A DNA stretch of 64,000 bases from an uncultured Alphaproteobacteria bacterium (GCA_963803575.1 CAWDMW010000002.1:799509-863508); one strand, 5' to 3'. Positions 1 to 9,084 are shown, numbered from the stretch's first letter. Numbers and translations: made by a program. The notes: a model not told the origin generated them from the sequence alone.

Positions 1-1
1 T

Positions 2-512
2 AAACTGGAAGGTGAGTTTGCAGAACTCCTGAAAACGGTACAGCCATCAAAAGGGCTGTTTAATGTGATGCAGGCGATGTTTAAAAAAGCATGGGGCATA
101 CAGCAGGATAAAGCTGATGCGCACGCCAAAACCTATGAGAAAGAGTTGGCAGAGGCAGAAAAAGAGATCAACACTCTCTTGGATCGCATTATGGATGCGT
201 CGAGCCCACGGGTGGTACAAGCCTATGAAAAGCGCATTGATGAGTTGGAAGACAAGAAGCTCATTCTTGCTGAAAAAGCCGCCACAAAAGCCGCATCACG
301 CTACAGCTTCGAGGAAATGTTTGAACTCTCCATGACCTTCCTCTCAAACCCACAGAAACTCTGGCATTCAAAGCGATTTGCGGTGCAAAGAATGGTGCTG
401 AAACTGGTCTTTTGCGGCAAGTTGCACCACCACAGAAATGAAGGCTATAGAACCCCCCAAACCACCAGCATTTATGCGGGGTTGAAGGGTTTTTTGGACG
501 AGAAAGTCAAGA
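2..512 (+). CDS. large serine recombinase family protein, C-terminal part (5' end outside the window; 3' end undefined)
   Basis: Frame 2 is open from the window edge. The translation (LEGEFAELLKTVQPSKGLFNVMQAMFKKAW...EINTLLDRIMDASSPRVVQAYEKRIDELEDKKLILAEK...HHRNEGYRTPQTT) looks like the coiled-coil C-terminal region of resolvase-type 'recombinase family' integrases. The frame then continues antisense through the tRNA-Leu gene (MVPPARLELARPKSTDFKSAASTIPPRG) with no stop codon. Confidence 0.6.
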
Positions 513-596
513 TGGTGCCCCCGGCCAGACTTGAACTGGCACGACCTAAGTCAACGGATTTTAAGTCCGCAGCGTCTACCATTCCGCCACGGGGGC
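513..596 (-). tRNA. tRNA-Leu (anticodon UAA)
   Basis: The reverse complement gcccccgtggcggaatggtagacgctgcggacttaaaatccgttgacttaggtcgtgccagttcaagtctggccgggggcacca folds by hand into a class II cloverleaf. It has a 7-bp acceptor stem, anticodon stem gcgga/tccgt with loop cttaaaa (TAA), a long variable arm, T arm gccag-ttcaagt-ctggc and an encoded CCA. Confidence 0.9.
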
Positions 597-844
597 AACA
601 GACGGGCATCATACGTATTTCTGGTTGTTTGACAAGTATTTTTATATACCACCCTTATAAGGGTATGGCATGGATACAAATAGTAATAGCCATGATTTTT
701 GTGACTATGGAACCTATGCCACAGATGACTCAGCAAATACTTACATTATGGCCCCGCAGAGTGCTTTTTTCATTGCAGTTTAGATTATTTCATGCGTATG
801 GTAGGAAACATACACGTAATTCAATATTATATAAGCATAAAGGA

Positions 845-1525
845 ATGGCAGTGAAAATAGCGACTACAATAATTGCACTAGGATGTCTTGCCGCGACCGC
901 AGCAAACGCAGCATATGAAGGAAATCAGTACAAACAGAATCGCTGGCCGCACTGGTACATTGGTGTACAAGGGTCTATCCCTTTTGTTGAAGAAACAGAC
1001 GTCAATGTGAATAGTTCCAACGCGGGTGATCTTGACTTTGATTCAGGCTATGGTGTGGGTGTGTCACTTGGATATACGCCACGCACACAGAATGCTATTT
1101 TGAACAATTCACGTTTTGAGCTGGAATATTATTATCGCCAAAATGAGCTGGATGAGTTTAATGCCGGTGGCGCGAGTACGCAGATTAGTGATGATATTGC
1201 GTCACAGACCTACATGATTAACTATTATTATGATTTCAAAACAGATTCCCGGATGACGCCTTATGTTGGTGCCGGTATCGGTGTGGCTGAAGTGGATCTA
1301 ACGATTCCGTCGCTTGCCGTTGATGATGAAGATAGCGTAATGGCTTACCAGTTGATGGCTGGTCTTGGCTGGCAACCGGAAGCATTGTTAAACACGGTGC
1401 TTCAGGTGGGTTATCGTTTTGTTGATACGACAGATAATCCTGAGTTCAGTGCGATTAACGGTCAGCGTCTGGATCATGAATATATGGTACATAGTATCGA
1501 AGCAGGTGCGCGTTTCCGTTTCTAA
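845..1525 (+). CDS. outer-membrane beta-barrel protein (OmpW/OMP_b-brl-like porin family)
   Basis: Internal ATG at 845 preceded by aagga. Signal peptide MAVKIATTIIALGCLAATAANA-AY. Alternating aromatic/Gly-rich beta-strand pattern with C-terminal ...GARFRF ending in Phe, as is typical of OMPs. Confidence 0.75.
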   Translation: MAVKIATTIIALGCLAATAANAAYEGNQYKQNRWPHWYIGVQGSIPFVEETDVNVNSSNAGDLDFDSGYGVGVSLGYTPRTQNAILNNSRFELEYYYRQNELDEFNAGGASTQISDDIASQTYMINYYYDFKTDSRMTPYVGAGIGVAEVDLTIPSLAVDDEDSVMAYQLMAGLGWQPEALLNTVLQVGYRFVDTTDNPEFSAINGQRLDHEYMVHSIEAGARFRF

Positions 1526-1541
1526 GGAACGGCAACATTCA

Positions 1542-1585
1542 AACACAAAGAAGCGTCCGCCCGGTTGCGGATGCTTCTTTGTGTT
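1542..1585 (+). terminator. stem-loop terminator candidate after the OMP gene
   Basis: aacacaaagaagcgtccgc / gcggatgcttctttgtgtt forms a 19-bp stem (one G-T) with loop ccggtt, 17 nt after the stop. The U-tract is weak (gagtt). Confidence 0.5.
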
Positions 1586-1595
1586 GAGTTAAAGC

Positions 1596-3188
1596 ATGGC
1601 AACACCTTATATTTATTTATATGATTCCACCTTGCGTGATGGTTCGCAAATGCGTGGAGTGGATTTTACGGTATCTGACAAGATTGCGATTGCGCGCGCT
1701 CTTGACATGCTTGGAGTGGATTTTGTTGAAGGGGGATGGCCCGGTGCCAATCCAAAAGATGACGCATTTTTTGATGCTCCTCCTGAATTATCTCACGCGC
1801 AGCTAACCGCCTTTGGCATGACGCGCCGGTCAGGATATTCGGCGGCAAATGATCCCACACTTAACAGCTTAGTTAATCAGCCTGTGCCACATTTATGTCT
1901 GGTCGGAAAAAGCTGGGACTTTCATATTGATACTGCGCTGAATATCTCTGTTGAAGAGAACGAAGCGCTGATCCATGATTCCATTGCTTATGCTACCCAG
2001 GAGGGTAAGCACGTTATGTTTGACGCGGAACATTTCTTTGATGGGTATAAGGCAAATCCCAATGTTGCTATGCAAATGATTCTGGCCGCTAAAAATGCCG
2101 GAGCCACCTGGGTGGTGTTGTGTGATACGAATGGTGGCAGTATGCCAGATGAGATTTACCGCATTGTGACAGAGGTGACGCAACATGTGGATGGCAGTAT
2201 GTTAGGTATTCATTGCCATAACGATACAGGGCAGGCAGTGGCCAATTCGCTGGCAGCAGTGCGCGCCGGAGTGCGGCAGGTGCAGGGAACGGTGAATGGG
2301 TTGGGCGAGCGATGTGGCAATGCTGATCTGCTTAGCGTCATTCCAACGCTGATGCTGAAAATGCAAATGGATACTGGTGTCTCCATGCAGCAACTCACCC
2401 GCCTGACTGACCTTTCGCGTATGGTGGATGATCGGTTAAGTCGTAGCCCTGATCCGCAAGCGCCTTACGTTGGTAGTGCGGCCTTCGCCCATAAAGGCGG
2501 GTTGCATGTGTCTGCTATGGCAAAAAATACGGCGTCCTATGAGCATATTGATCCGTCACTGGTGGGAAATACTCGCCAGATTTTGGTGTCTGACAAGGCA
2601 GGACGCGCGAATATTTTGTCACGGCTGCAAGATTGTGGTGTCACTATTCATGATGAGGCACGTGTGATGTCGCTGGTGCAAATGGTGAAAGACCGTGAAA
2701 CAGAAGGGTATGCTTACGAAGCAGCGGATGCCAGTTTTGAGTTGTTAGCACGGCGTCACTGCGAGGATGTACCGGATTATTTTGCGATGGAGAGTTTCCG
2801 CGTACTGGATGAGCGCCGCTGGAATGCGCTTAACCAGATTGTCACAATGTCAGAAGCGACCATCAAATTGCTAGTGAATCAGCAGCGTATCATGTGTGTC
2901 GGAGAAGGGAATGGCCCTGTCAATGCACTGGATAAAGCCCTGCGCAAAGCATTGTCGGGGCGGTATCCCGTACTCAACCATATGCGACTCACGGATTACA
3001 AGGTACGTATTTTGTCTTCGGAAAATGCCACCGCTGCCACTACACGCGTGTTAATTGAAAGTAGTGACCATTTAGGGCGTAGCTGGAATACAGTAGGGGT
3101 ATCAACCAATGTTATTGATGCGTCATACCATGCATTGCACGATGCCATTAGCTATATGTTGCTGAAATTTGGTGACGTTCCCGCATGA
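1596..3188 (+). CDS. cimA: citramalate synthase (LeuA/CimA family)
   Basis: N-terminus YLYDSTLRDGSQMRGVDFTVSDKIAIARALDMLGVDFVEGGWPGANPKDDAFF is the HMGL-like fold. The ~530-aa length and C-terminal LeuA-dimer-like region match CimA-type enzymes. Confidence 0.75.
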   Translation: MATPYIYLYDSTLRDGSQMRGVDFTVSDKIAIARALDMLGVDFVEGGWPGANPKDDAFFDAPPELSHAQLTAFGMTRRSGYSAANDPTLNSLVNQPVPHLCLVGKSWDFHIDTALNISVEENEALIHDSIAYATQEGKHVMFDAEHFFDGYKANPNVAMQMILAAKNAGATWVVLCDTNGGSMPDEIYRIVTEVTQHVDGSMLGIHCHNDTGQAVANSLAAVRAGVRQVQGTVNGLGERCGNADLLSVIPTLMLKMQMDTGVSMQQLTRLTDLSRMVDDRLSRSPDPQAPYVGSAAFAHKGGLHVSAMAKNTASYEHIDPSLVGNTRQILVSDKAGRANILSRLQDCGVTIHDEARVMSLVQMVKDRETEGYAYEAADASFELLARRHCEDVPDYFAMESFRVLDERRWNALNQIVTMSEATIKLLVNQQRIMCVGEGNGPVNALDKALRKALSGRYPVLNHMRLTDYKVRILSSENATAATTRVLIESSDHLGRSWNTVGVSTNVIDASYHALHDAISYMLLKFGDVPA

Positions 3189-5056
3189 AACAGCTTATCT
3201 TTAGCTTAAACGACGTTGATTATCGTATTGCTGGCAAGCCACTCTTTACAGGTCTGTCCATGCAGATTCATGACCGTGACCGCTTATGCTTGGTGGGTAA
3301 GAATGGTGCGGGAAAAACCACATTAATGCGGATGATTATTGGAGATATAGAACCTGATAGTGGTGATTGTTTTCTTCAGCCCGGAACGCAGGTAGGGTAC
3401 CTTGCACAGAAGGTGGGGTATGATGACAGCCAAACAGTACGCGAATTTGTGCTGGCTGGATTGCAGACAAAAGAAGAACTGGAGATGCAGAGCTATCTGG
3501 TGGATATTGTCATTGCCCCGCTGGATTTAGATCCTGATATGCTGATGGGTTCGTTGTCCGGTGGACAGGTGCGACGAGCCGCACTGGCGCAGGCGCTTAT
3601 CACAGAGCCAGCTATTTTGTTGCTGGATGAGCCAACAAACCATTTGGACATACAAGCTATCGAGTGGCTGGAAGGGTATCTGGCATCTTATAATGGTGCG
3701 TTGCTGTGCGTCAGTCATGACCGGAAGTTTCTGGCAAATATTTCTCAGCGTGTATTATGGCTGGATCGCGGGGCGATGCGTGTCTGCCCGCATGGGTATG
3801 GAAAATTTGAAGCCTGGATGGAAAAGCAGGTAGAGCATGAAGCTCGAGAATTGCAAAATCTGCAAAAGCAGGTGCAGGCAGAGCAGGGATGGACGCAAGG
3901 TGGGGTTTCCGGGCGGCGCAAACGTAATGTAAGGCGTTTGAGAGAATTGGACTCATTGCGTGATAAACTGCAAAAAGACAAAGCGGCGTATCGGCAGCGA
4001 TCACAGAAACTGGATATGGATCCTATCGCCAGAACCAATAGCTCGAAGATTGTAGCAGAGTTCCGGCATGTTTCTAAAGCATTTGAACGTGACTCGCAGC
4101 GCACGACCATTGTGAAGGATTTTTCGCACCTGATTCTGAAAGGGGACGCTATTGGGATTTTGGGTAAGAATGGTGCGGGCAAGTCCAGTGTCATTAAGTT
4201 ACTTACCGGTGCGCTGGAGCCTGACAAAGGAAGTATCTTTCGTAGCAAACAGTTGGATGTATCCTACTTCGATCAGCAACGCAGTATGTTGAACCCGAGT
4301 AAAACACTATGGGAAACATTATGTCCGGACGGCGGCGATCATGTGGCCATTGGGCATGGCGAGCAGCAGAAATTCATTCATGTATGTGGTTATCTGAAAC
4401 GATTTCTGTTTGACCCGTCTCAGGCACATGACAAGGTAGGGATTCTTTCTGGTGGCCAACAGAACCGGCTGTTGCTTGCAAAAGTGTTGGCTCAGCCAGG
4501 CAACCTGTTGATTCTGGACGAACCAACAAATGATCTGGATATGGATACGCTGGATATGTTGCAGGATATGCTGTCTGATTATAAAGGGACACTGATTCTG
4601 GTTAGCCATGATCGTGACTTTCTGGATCGCTGCGTAACGGAGATACTAGCGTTTGAAGGGCAGGGAGTCGTACATTCGGTAATGGGTGGTTACAGCGACT
4701 ATCTGCGCCAGATGGAGCATCAGAAAGCCGTATCACGTGGTAAGGTGACTGTGCAACCTGCTAAGCGTACATTAGCAGATGATGTGATAAAGAAATCGTC
4801 GGAATCAGATTCGCAGGCACCACTCACCTACGGTGAGCGGCTAGAGTTGAAAGAATTGCCAGATGTGATTGCTACGTTGCAAACAGAACTGGATGCGATT
4901 CAGGAATCGTTAGACGATACACATATATTTCAGCAGGATCCGGATGGGTTTTCTGCGTTATTGCAACGCTATGATCGTGTGAAAGCAGATATAAACGTAA
5001 AAGAAGAACGGTGGCTGTTGCTCGAAGAACGTGGCCTATGTGAAAATCAGGCCTAA
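3185..5056 (+). CDS. uup: ABC-F family ATPase (Uup-like)
   Basis: Two ABC cassettes: GKNGAGKTT...LSGGQVRRAALAQAL...LLLDEPTNHLD and GKNGAGKSS...LSGGQQNRLLLAKVL...LILDEPTNDLD. No TM segments and a coiled-coil C-terminal tail. ATGA overlap with the cimA stop. Confidence 0.8.
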   Translation: MKQLIFSLNDVDYRIAGKPLFTGLSMQIHDRDRLCLVGKNGAGKTTLMRMIIGDIEPDSGDCFLQPGTQVGYLAQKVGYDDSQTVREFVLAGLQTKEELEMQSYLVDIVIAPLDLDPDMLMGSLSGGQVRRAALAQALITEPAILLLDEPTNHLDIQAIEWLEGYLASYNGALLCVSHDRKFLANISQRVLWLDRGAMRVCPHGYGKFEAWMEKQVEHEARELQNLQKQVQAEQGWTQGGVSGRRKRNVRRLRELDSLRDKLQKDKAAYRQRSQKLDMDPIARTNSSKIVAEFRHVSKAFERDSQRTTIVKDFSHLILKGDAIGILGKNGAGKSSVIKLLTGALEPDKGSIFRSKQLDVSYFDQQRSMLNPSKTLWETLCPDGGDHVAIGHGEQQKFIHVCGYLKRFLFDPSQAHDKVGILSGGQQNRLLLAKVLAQPGNLLILDEPTNDLDMDTLDMLQDMLSDYKGTLILVSHDRDFLDRCVTEILAFEGQGVVHSVMGGYSDYLRQMEHQKAVSRGKVTVQPAKRTLADDVIKKSSESDSQAPLTYGERLELKELPDVIATLQTELDAIQESLDDTHIFQQDPDGFSALLQRYDRVKADINVKEERWLLLEERGLCENQA

Positions 5057-5062
5057 CATACC

Positions 5063-5497
5063 TTAAGCCGCTTTAATGCCAAGCAAGGTATCCATCCTGT
5101 GAATCAGTGTCTTAGATGAAGAAATATCCTTAACCACATAATCCGTTGCTCCGCACATCATTGCCTTTTTGCGTACCTGCTTGTCATCTGTGCCGCTATA
5201 GACAAGTATGGGGGTGAACGGAGATTCTGCATGAATGGCTGCTACCGTTGCGCTGCCACGAATATCCAGCAAATTCAGGTCAAGAATGATAATATCATAT
5301 TTTCGCATATCCAAAGCATCCAAAGCATCCACCATGCGTGGAACAACGGTTACATGAAAAGGATTGCGGTGACTGGTATGAATCAGTGTTTCCATCAGGA
5401 ATGCATCACTATGATTATCTTCAACCAGCAAAACTGCGGGAAATGACAGTGACAATGGTTTGTTTAGCTGAGTTGAGAGGTGTGTTACCGGAGACAT
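5063..5497 (-). CDS. single-domain response regulator (REC only), last gene of the kinase/receiver array
   Basis: VLLVEDNHSDAF...YDIIILDLNLLDIRG...ILVYSGT...DYVVKD carries the acidic pocket, phospho-Asp, Thr/Ser and Lys of a receiver. There is no output domain. Confidence 0.85.
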   Translation of the reverse strand: MSPVTHLSTQLNKPLSLSFPAVLLVEDNHSDAFLMETLIHTSHRNPFHVTVVPRMVDALDALDMRKYDIIILDLNLLDIRGSATVAAIHAESPFTPILVYSGTDDKQVRKKAMMCGATDYVVKDISSSKTLIHRMDTLLGIKAA

Positions 5498-5595
5498 GAA
5501 AGTAATAATGCAATAAAAAGCTATTTAATAGATGTCTAGCATATCCCTCATACATTGATATTGCTCTAAGGCTTTACTAAAGAACGGTAAATATT

Positions 5596-6552
5596 CTAGC
5601 CAACTTGGCTATTCGGTTCGTTGTCACAATCAGAGATAATATAGCTGCTACCAACTTTTGATTTTGCCCGATACATTGCCTGATCCGCATGTTGTACAAC
5701 CACATCCCGTTTCGCATATTCCTGTGCCGTACAAAAGCGAATACCAATACTGATACCAATAGAGAAGCTTTTACCGCTTACAGGGAAGGGTTGCTTAAAG
5801 AGTTCAGTGATTTTTTGTGCTGCCATCTCTGCATCGTAAAGTGATGCCATGTTTTCCAATAAGATAGCAAACTCATCGCCGCCAAAGCGTGCAGCCGTAT
5901 CATAAGGGCGGATGCAGTCTTTTAGGCGCTTTGCTACCAGTTTGAGCAAACTGTCTCCTGCTGCATGACCATAGCGATCATTGATTTGTTTAAAGCCATC
6001 CAGATCAATAAAGAATACGGCAATATTACCACCTTGTCGCTTCATTTTTGCCAGTGACATATCAAGCCGACTCTCAAACAGCATCCGGTTGGCCAGCCCT
6101 GTCAACATGTCGTAATTAGCACGTGTAATAAGTACTCCTTCAAACTGTTTTCTTAAGATAGCAAACTGAATGGCACGCGATATACGGTGGCCGTCCAGAT
6201 CATCTTTAAATAGGTAATCCTGTGCGCCTTGCTCAATGGCGGCCAGTGCAATACTTTCATCTTTATGAGCAGTTAGGAAAATGATAGGGGATTTGGGTGC
6301 CATATTTTGAAGGCTATTCAGTCCGGTAAAGCCAACTACGTCAGGCAAAGAGCGATCAAGCAGAATGACATCAAAGTCGGATTCTGCTTCAGCAATTGCT
6401 GTAATGGCTGCGGATAGATGAATGGCACGGGTAATGGTATGTGATTCTGGCATCACATCGTACAAAGCGCGCTGAATCAGAATCGCGTCGCCTTTGGAAT
6501 CCTCAACTAATAGGATGTTTAGTGGATCACTGGAGGATGTTATGCGTAGCAT
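5596..6552 (-). CDS. response regulator-diguanylate cyclase (REC-GGDEF)
   Basis: N-terminal receiver (ILLVEDSKGDA...VILLDRSLPD...FLTAH...YLFKD). C-terminal GGDEF domain with an intact GGDEF motif (ARFGGDEFAILL) and an RxxD I-site five residues upstream (RPYD-TAARF-GGDEF). Confidence 0.9.
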   Translation of the reverse strand: MLRITSSSDPLNILLVEDSKGDAILIQRALYDVMPESHTITRAIHLSAAITAIAEAESDFDVILLDRSLPDVVGFTGLNSLQNMAPKSPIIFLTAHKDESIALAAIEQGAQDYLFKDDLDGHRISRAIQFAILRKQFEGVLITRANYDMLTGLANRMLFESRLDMSLAKMKRQGGNIAVFFIDLDGFKQINDRYGHAAGDSLLKLVAKRLKDCIRPYDTAARFGGDEFAILLENMASLYDAEMAAQKITELFKQPFPVSGKSFSIGISIGIRFCTAQEYAKRDVVVQHADQAMYRAKSKVGSSYIISDCDNEPNSQVG

Positions 6553-7255
6553 AGGCTTGTTCTTTGGCTAAGGTGAAATAAAAAATGGTGCCTTGAATGG
6601 TTTCATCATCTTCAACAGGAACGCACCAGATGTTTCCATGATGTTGCTGAACGATCTTTTTTGCAAGGGCTAATCCCATACCAATTCCGGATTGTTCATG
6701 GTAGCTATGAAGCCGTTGAAAAAGCCCGAAAATAAAGTCTTGTACCTGTGGTTCAATGCCAACGCCATTATCCTTTACTGAGCATTCCCAGTAGGCATCA
6801 CGATCTTCTATGTCAATATGAATGCAGGGGGTACGTTCCGGGTGCCGATAAGATAACGCATTGGTAAATAAAATAGTGAATAACGACTTTAACAAAGGTG
6901 CGCTTGCGTAAAGCTGTGGCAAGGGTTGTGAATACGTGATGGTGGCCTCGCTTGTGGCCAGATGATGGATGCAATGCTCTATGACTGACTGAGTATCCAC
7001 GGTGTCATAATGGTGAGCAACCGTGTTCAGGCGCGAATATTCCAGCAATGACTGCATCATATGCTGTAGTTTCTGGCCGTTTTCTATAATCATATCAAGA
7101 TATAGCTGGCTTCTCTCACTAATATGTTGTGCCTCGTCCTGCTGTAGCAGCTTGGAAAACTCAACCATTGCACGTACAGGTGCGCTCAAGTCGTGAGAAA
7201 CGCTATAGGCATAGTCTTTAAACTCCTGTAAGACATATTGGGATGAGCCAGACAT
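6527..7255 (-). CDS. sensorless histidine kinase core (DHp + CA only), HK3
   Basis: I moved the start to the internal ATG at 7255, 2 nt after the upstream stop. The longer ORF-track start would overlap the upstream gene. H-box SVSHDLSAPVRAM lies about 20 aa from the N-terminus. N-box FTNALSYR, G1 DNGVGI and G2 GIGMGLA are present. No PAS/GAF/TM input domain. Confidence 0.85.
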   Translation of the reverse strand: MSGSSQYVLQEFKDYAYSVSHDLSAPVRAMVEFSKLLQQDEAQHISERSQLYLDMIIENGQKLQHMMQSLLEYSRLNTVAHHYDTVDTQSVIEHCIHHLATSEATITYSQPLPQLYASAPLLKSLFTILFTNALSYRHPERTPCIHIDIEDRDAYWECSVKDNGVGIEPQVQDFIFGLFQRLHSYHEQSGIGMGLALAKKIVQQHHGNIWCVPVEDDETIQGTIFYFTLAKEQAYATHNILQ

Positions 7256-7257
7256 CG

Positions 7258-7755
7258 TTAGAAAGCGTGTGAAGGTGAAAACATCTGTGAGATACTGTGA
7301 TCGGGAAGCAGCATATATTGTAGCCAAAATCCATGCATTTGTGTTGCCAGATTTTGATAATCTGACAGTGAAGCTGGCTTTACCACGCAGGCATTCGCGT
7401 ATAGATCATAACTTCGTTTGACATCTTGGGGAGTAGAAGAACCTGACAGAATAATGACGGGTATTGACTTTAGTGATAAGCTGTTTTTGATGGTAGCCAA
7501 CACATCATGGCCGTCAATGCCGGAGAGTTTAAGGTCAAGCAAGATCAGGTCAGGTGTTTCAAGTACATTATGTTCACCCTGTTTTCTCAACATTTCAATC
7601 GCGAGTTCTCCTGAATCCGCAACAGTGAAATGCACGTCAATCGCATTATCAGCAAACGCACGTTTCAGGAGTAATGCATCACTAGTATTATCCTCTACAA
7701 GCAGTATATGCAGGGGTTTTTTGGATGAGAGGGAATGATATAGTGCATCTGTCAT
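7258..7755 (-). CDS. single-domain response regulator (Rcp1-like REC), REC-c
   Basis: Internal ATG at 7755 forms an ATGA overlap with the stop of the upstream kinase. ILLVEDNTSDALLLKRAF...LILLDLKLSGIDG...VIILSGS...ANACVVKP. Confidence 0.85.
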   Translation of the reverse strand: MTDALYHSLSSKKPLHILLVEDNTSDALLLKRAFADNAIDVHFTVADSGELAIEMLRKQGEHNVLETPDLILLDLKLSGIDGHDVLATIKNSLSLKSIPVIILSGSSTPQDVKRSYDLYANACVVKPASLSDYQNLATQMHGFWLQYMLLPDHSISQMFSPSHAF

Positions 7756-8513
7756 ACTGTATTTTTGCCATGAGAAGGTTGAGGAAGTGTTAAATAGAAG
7801 CTGCTTCCCATACCAAAAGTGGACTTTACGCTTAAACTGCCACCATGGAGCTTCGCTATACGATAACATATGGCCAGCCCCATTCCTGTGCCGGATATAT
7901 GTTCCCAGCTATGTAAGCGTCTGAATGGTAAAAAAATATGATCGGCGAACTCTGGGTTGATGCCAATACCGTTATCGGTACAGTAAATACACCAATATGT
8001 TGACTCTGGGGAGCTAACTAATTCAGCACCTAACGTAATGTTGAGCGCACCTGAACTCGCCCTGTATAAGATTGCGTTGGAAAGTAAATGGTAAAAGACC
8101 AATTGTAATTGTTGTGGGTTGCTTTCTATCATTGGCAATGAATCGCAAGTAATGATTGTATCGTCCGGGTACGCTGGCAGATGTGATGAAGATAGAATCG
8201 AATCGACTATCATCTTTGTATCAATAAGTACCTTGTGGGAAGCATGGTTTTCCAGAAGCAGATATTGCAAATATTCGTCATTCATTTTACGAATACGTTT
8301 GCCGGCATCGTGAATAATGGCCAGATATTCCTGTCCTTCCTCGTTTAAAGCTTCACCATAATCCTGCTGCAATATGTCACTAAACGCCATAATCATACGG
8401 GTTGCTTCCTGCATATCGTGTGACACCAGATAGGTATAATGTTCTAACAACCCTTTTGTGTCACTGGCTATTGCAGGAATGGTTCCTGGAACGTTATCTT
8501 GAGAAAGATTCAT
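7752..8513 (-). CDS. sensorless histidine kinase core (DHp + CA only), HK2
   Basis: H-box LVSHDMQEATRMI lies about 30 aa from the N-terminus. N-box LLSNAILYR, G1 DNGIGI, F IFLPF and G2 GTGMGLA are present. No input domain and no TM segment. The start is 6 nt after the upstream REC stop. Confidence 0.85.
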   Translation of the reverse strand: MNLSQDNVPGTIPAIASDTKGLLEHYTYLVSHDMQEATRMIMAFSDILQQDYGEALNEEGQEYLAIIHDAGKRIRKMNDEYLQYLLLENHASHKVLIDTKMIVDSILSSSHLPAYPDDTIITCDSLPMIESNPQQLQLVFYHLLSNAILYRASSGALNITLGAELVSSPESTYWCIYCTDNGIGINPEFADHIFLPFRRLHSWEHISGTGMGLAICYRIAKLHGGSLSVKSTFGMGSSFYLTLPQPSHGKNTV

Positions 8514-8519
8514 GATGTA

Positions 8520-8999
8520 TCAGCCAGGCAATGGGTATGCATGATGATTAATACGTTGTGGATGTATCGTGAATGCGGTATTTATGGCGTGTTGAAGGTC
8601 TTTGGACATCAACCATTGCTTATTTAGGTAGCAATGCACACCGTAAGCAATAGCGCTTTCCTGAATAAGCTCGTCACACATGCCTGTCACAAAAATGATG
8701 GGTGGAAGTGAGGCGTAGGTTGCTTTCAAAGTGTCAAGCAGTTGAAAGCCATCCCCGTCTCCCATAATAAAATCCATGATGATACATTGAGGCATATCTT
8801 GTGCAAAAACGTCCAGTGACGCCGCTATCGTGTGTGCCTCAATACAGCGGTAGTGTGAACCATAGGCAATACGTATCCATGATTGATACAGCAATTGATC
8901 GCTATGACTATCTTCAATAATCAGAATAGTTTTTCCTGTGTCTGAATTAGTGTCAGAATATGGTGGGTTCAGATGTTCTTCGATAGTGAGATGCTGCAT
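8520..8999 (-). CDS. single-domain response regulator, REC-b
   Basis: ILIIEDSHSDQ...CIIMDFIMGDGDG...IIFVTGM...YLNKQ are the receiver signature residues. No output domain. Confidence 0.8.
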   Translation of the reverse strand: MQHLTIEEHLNPPYSDTNSDTGKTILIIEDSHSDQLLYQSWIRIAYGSHYRCIEAHTIAASLDVFAQDMPQCIIMDFIMGDGDGFQLLDTLKATYASLPPIIFVTGMCDELIQESAIAYGVHCYLNKQWLMSKDLQHAINTAFTIHPQRINHHAYPLPG

Positions 9000-9084
9000 A
9001 AAAATGTAACCATAAACTGTTATGATAGGATCTTAACATAGTATAGTTAATAATTAACCTTGTTAATGTTTATAATTAGTTAAG

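Larger units (their letters stand above)
1..596. mobile_element. probable boundary (att junction) of an integrative element inserted at the 3' end of tRNA-Leu; the body of the element lies left of the window
   Basis: A recombinase gene abuts and overlaps the 3' end of a tRNA gene, which is the classical island-tRNA arrangement. No second att repeat is visible because the element extends out of the window. Confidence 0.45.

Noticed and set aside
65-1525. Single 486-aa ORF in the six-frame track
   Set aside because: It is a chimera. The recombinase C-terminus, an antisense read-through of tRNA-Leu, about 250 nt of AT-rich spacer and a separate OMP gene (its own ATG, RBS and signal peptide at 845) all happen to share one frame. 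I annotated them as separate features.
3745-4248. 167-aa antisense ORF inside uup, and similar shadow ORFs (23207-23620 in the RND pump, 47468-47905 in flgK, 16749-17036 in mscS, 59397-59741 in fbpA, and others)
   Set aside because: They lie entirely inside, and antisense or out of frame to, genes with strong family signatures. Their translations are Arg/Ser/Cys-rich and low-complexity with no motifs, as expected for non-coding shadow frames.
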